Of a stretch of DNA of 34,003 nt, positions 33,746-34,003 are shown in pieces; position 1 is the first letter of the stretch, and each line of letters opens with the position of its first letter. The translations under genes were made by a program, and so were the position numbers. The notes below the pieces were generated by a model that saw nothing but the letters and a program-made list of their open reading frames with translations, searched no databases and was not told the origin of the DNA. Origin of the DNA: Sphacelaria rigidula (Eukaryota); the NCBI GenBank assembly GCA_964200075.2, contig CAXNAA020000028.1, positions 1-34,003 of the forward strand, read 5' to 3'.

Positions 33746-34003
33746 AAAGTTAGTCGCTGGTTCGATTCCCGTCGGACGCACTTTCTTTGAAGAAAAAAAT
33801 GAGGAGAGAAAACCTCGGGTAAAAAATTGGTCCCAAGGAGAGAAAACCGCAGTAAAACATTGGCCCAAAAGGAAAAGGGTGGGGTTTAGCCTGGTGGCTA
33901 TTTTTGGAATGTACTGCTAAGGACCCCGGTGCACACACTCTGGGAACGAGTGGGGGAGACGAGTAACTCGAGGATACGGTGAAAGCGACAACAGTAGAGG
34001 TCC
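33700..34003 (+). mobile_element. tRNA-derived SINE-like element (may run off the window end)
   Basis: A-box-like TTGTCTAGTTGG (33714) and B box GGTTCGATTCCC (33759-33770), with CCGTCAC in the anticodon position. The body has a ~33-bp tandem duplication at 33802-33868. Confidence 0.55.

Overview
Eukaryotic, intron-rich genomic DNA, most likely from a brown alga (Phaeophyceae). This is inferred from the many short exons separated by 0.15-1.9 kb introns and from the style of the LINE/SINE-like repeats. There is no prokaryotic operon, CRISPR array or intact transposon. Most of the window (8044-32480, + strand) is one very large gene that I reconstructed by hand. It has 34 exons whose splice phases join in frame, giving ~3,100 aa of coiled coil alternating with low-complexity disordered sequence and no recognisable catalytic domain. 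Notable parts are a 41-aa tandem repeat carrying candidate LC8/DYNLL-binding xQT motifs next to RRxS sites, an RRGS cluster, and one well-supported plus two possible GC-AG introns. On the - strand, 5426-5529 is the first coding exon of a mitochondrial carrier (SLC25) gene; I could not find its later exons in the window. The rest is decayed repeats: LINE 3' ends flanked by poly(C), retroelement tails ending in microsatellites, a tRNA-derived SINE-like element in an intron, a head-to-head pair of tRNA-like heads forming a ~90-bp palindrome, and degenerate tandem repeats near the start. Most six-frame ORFs are exon read-throughs or antisense shadows.
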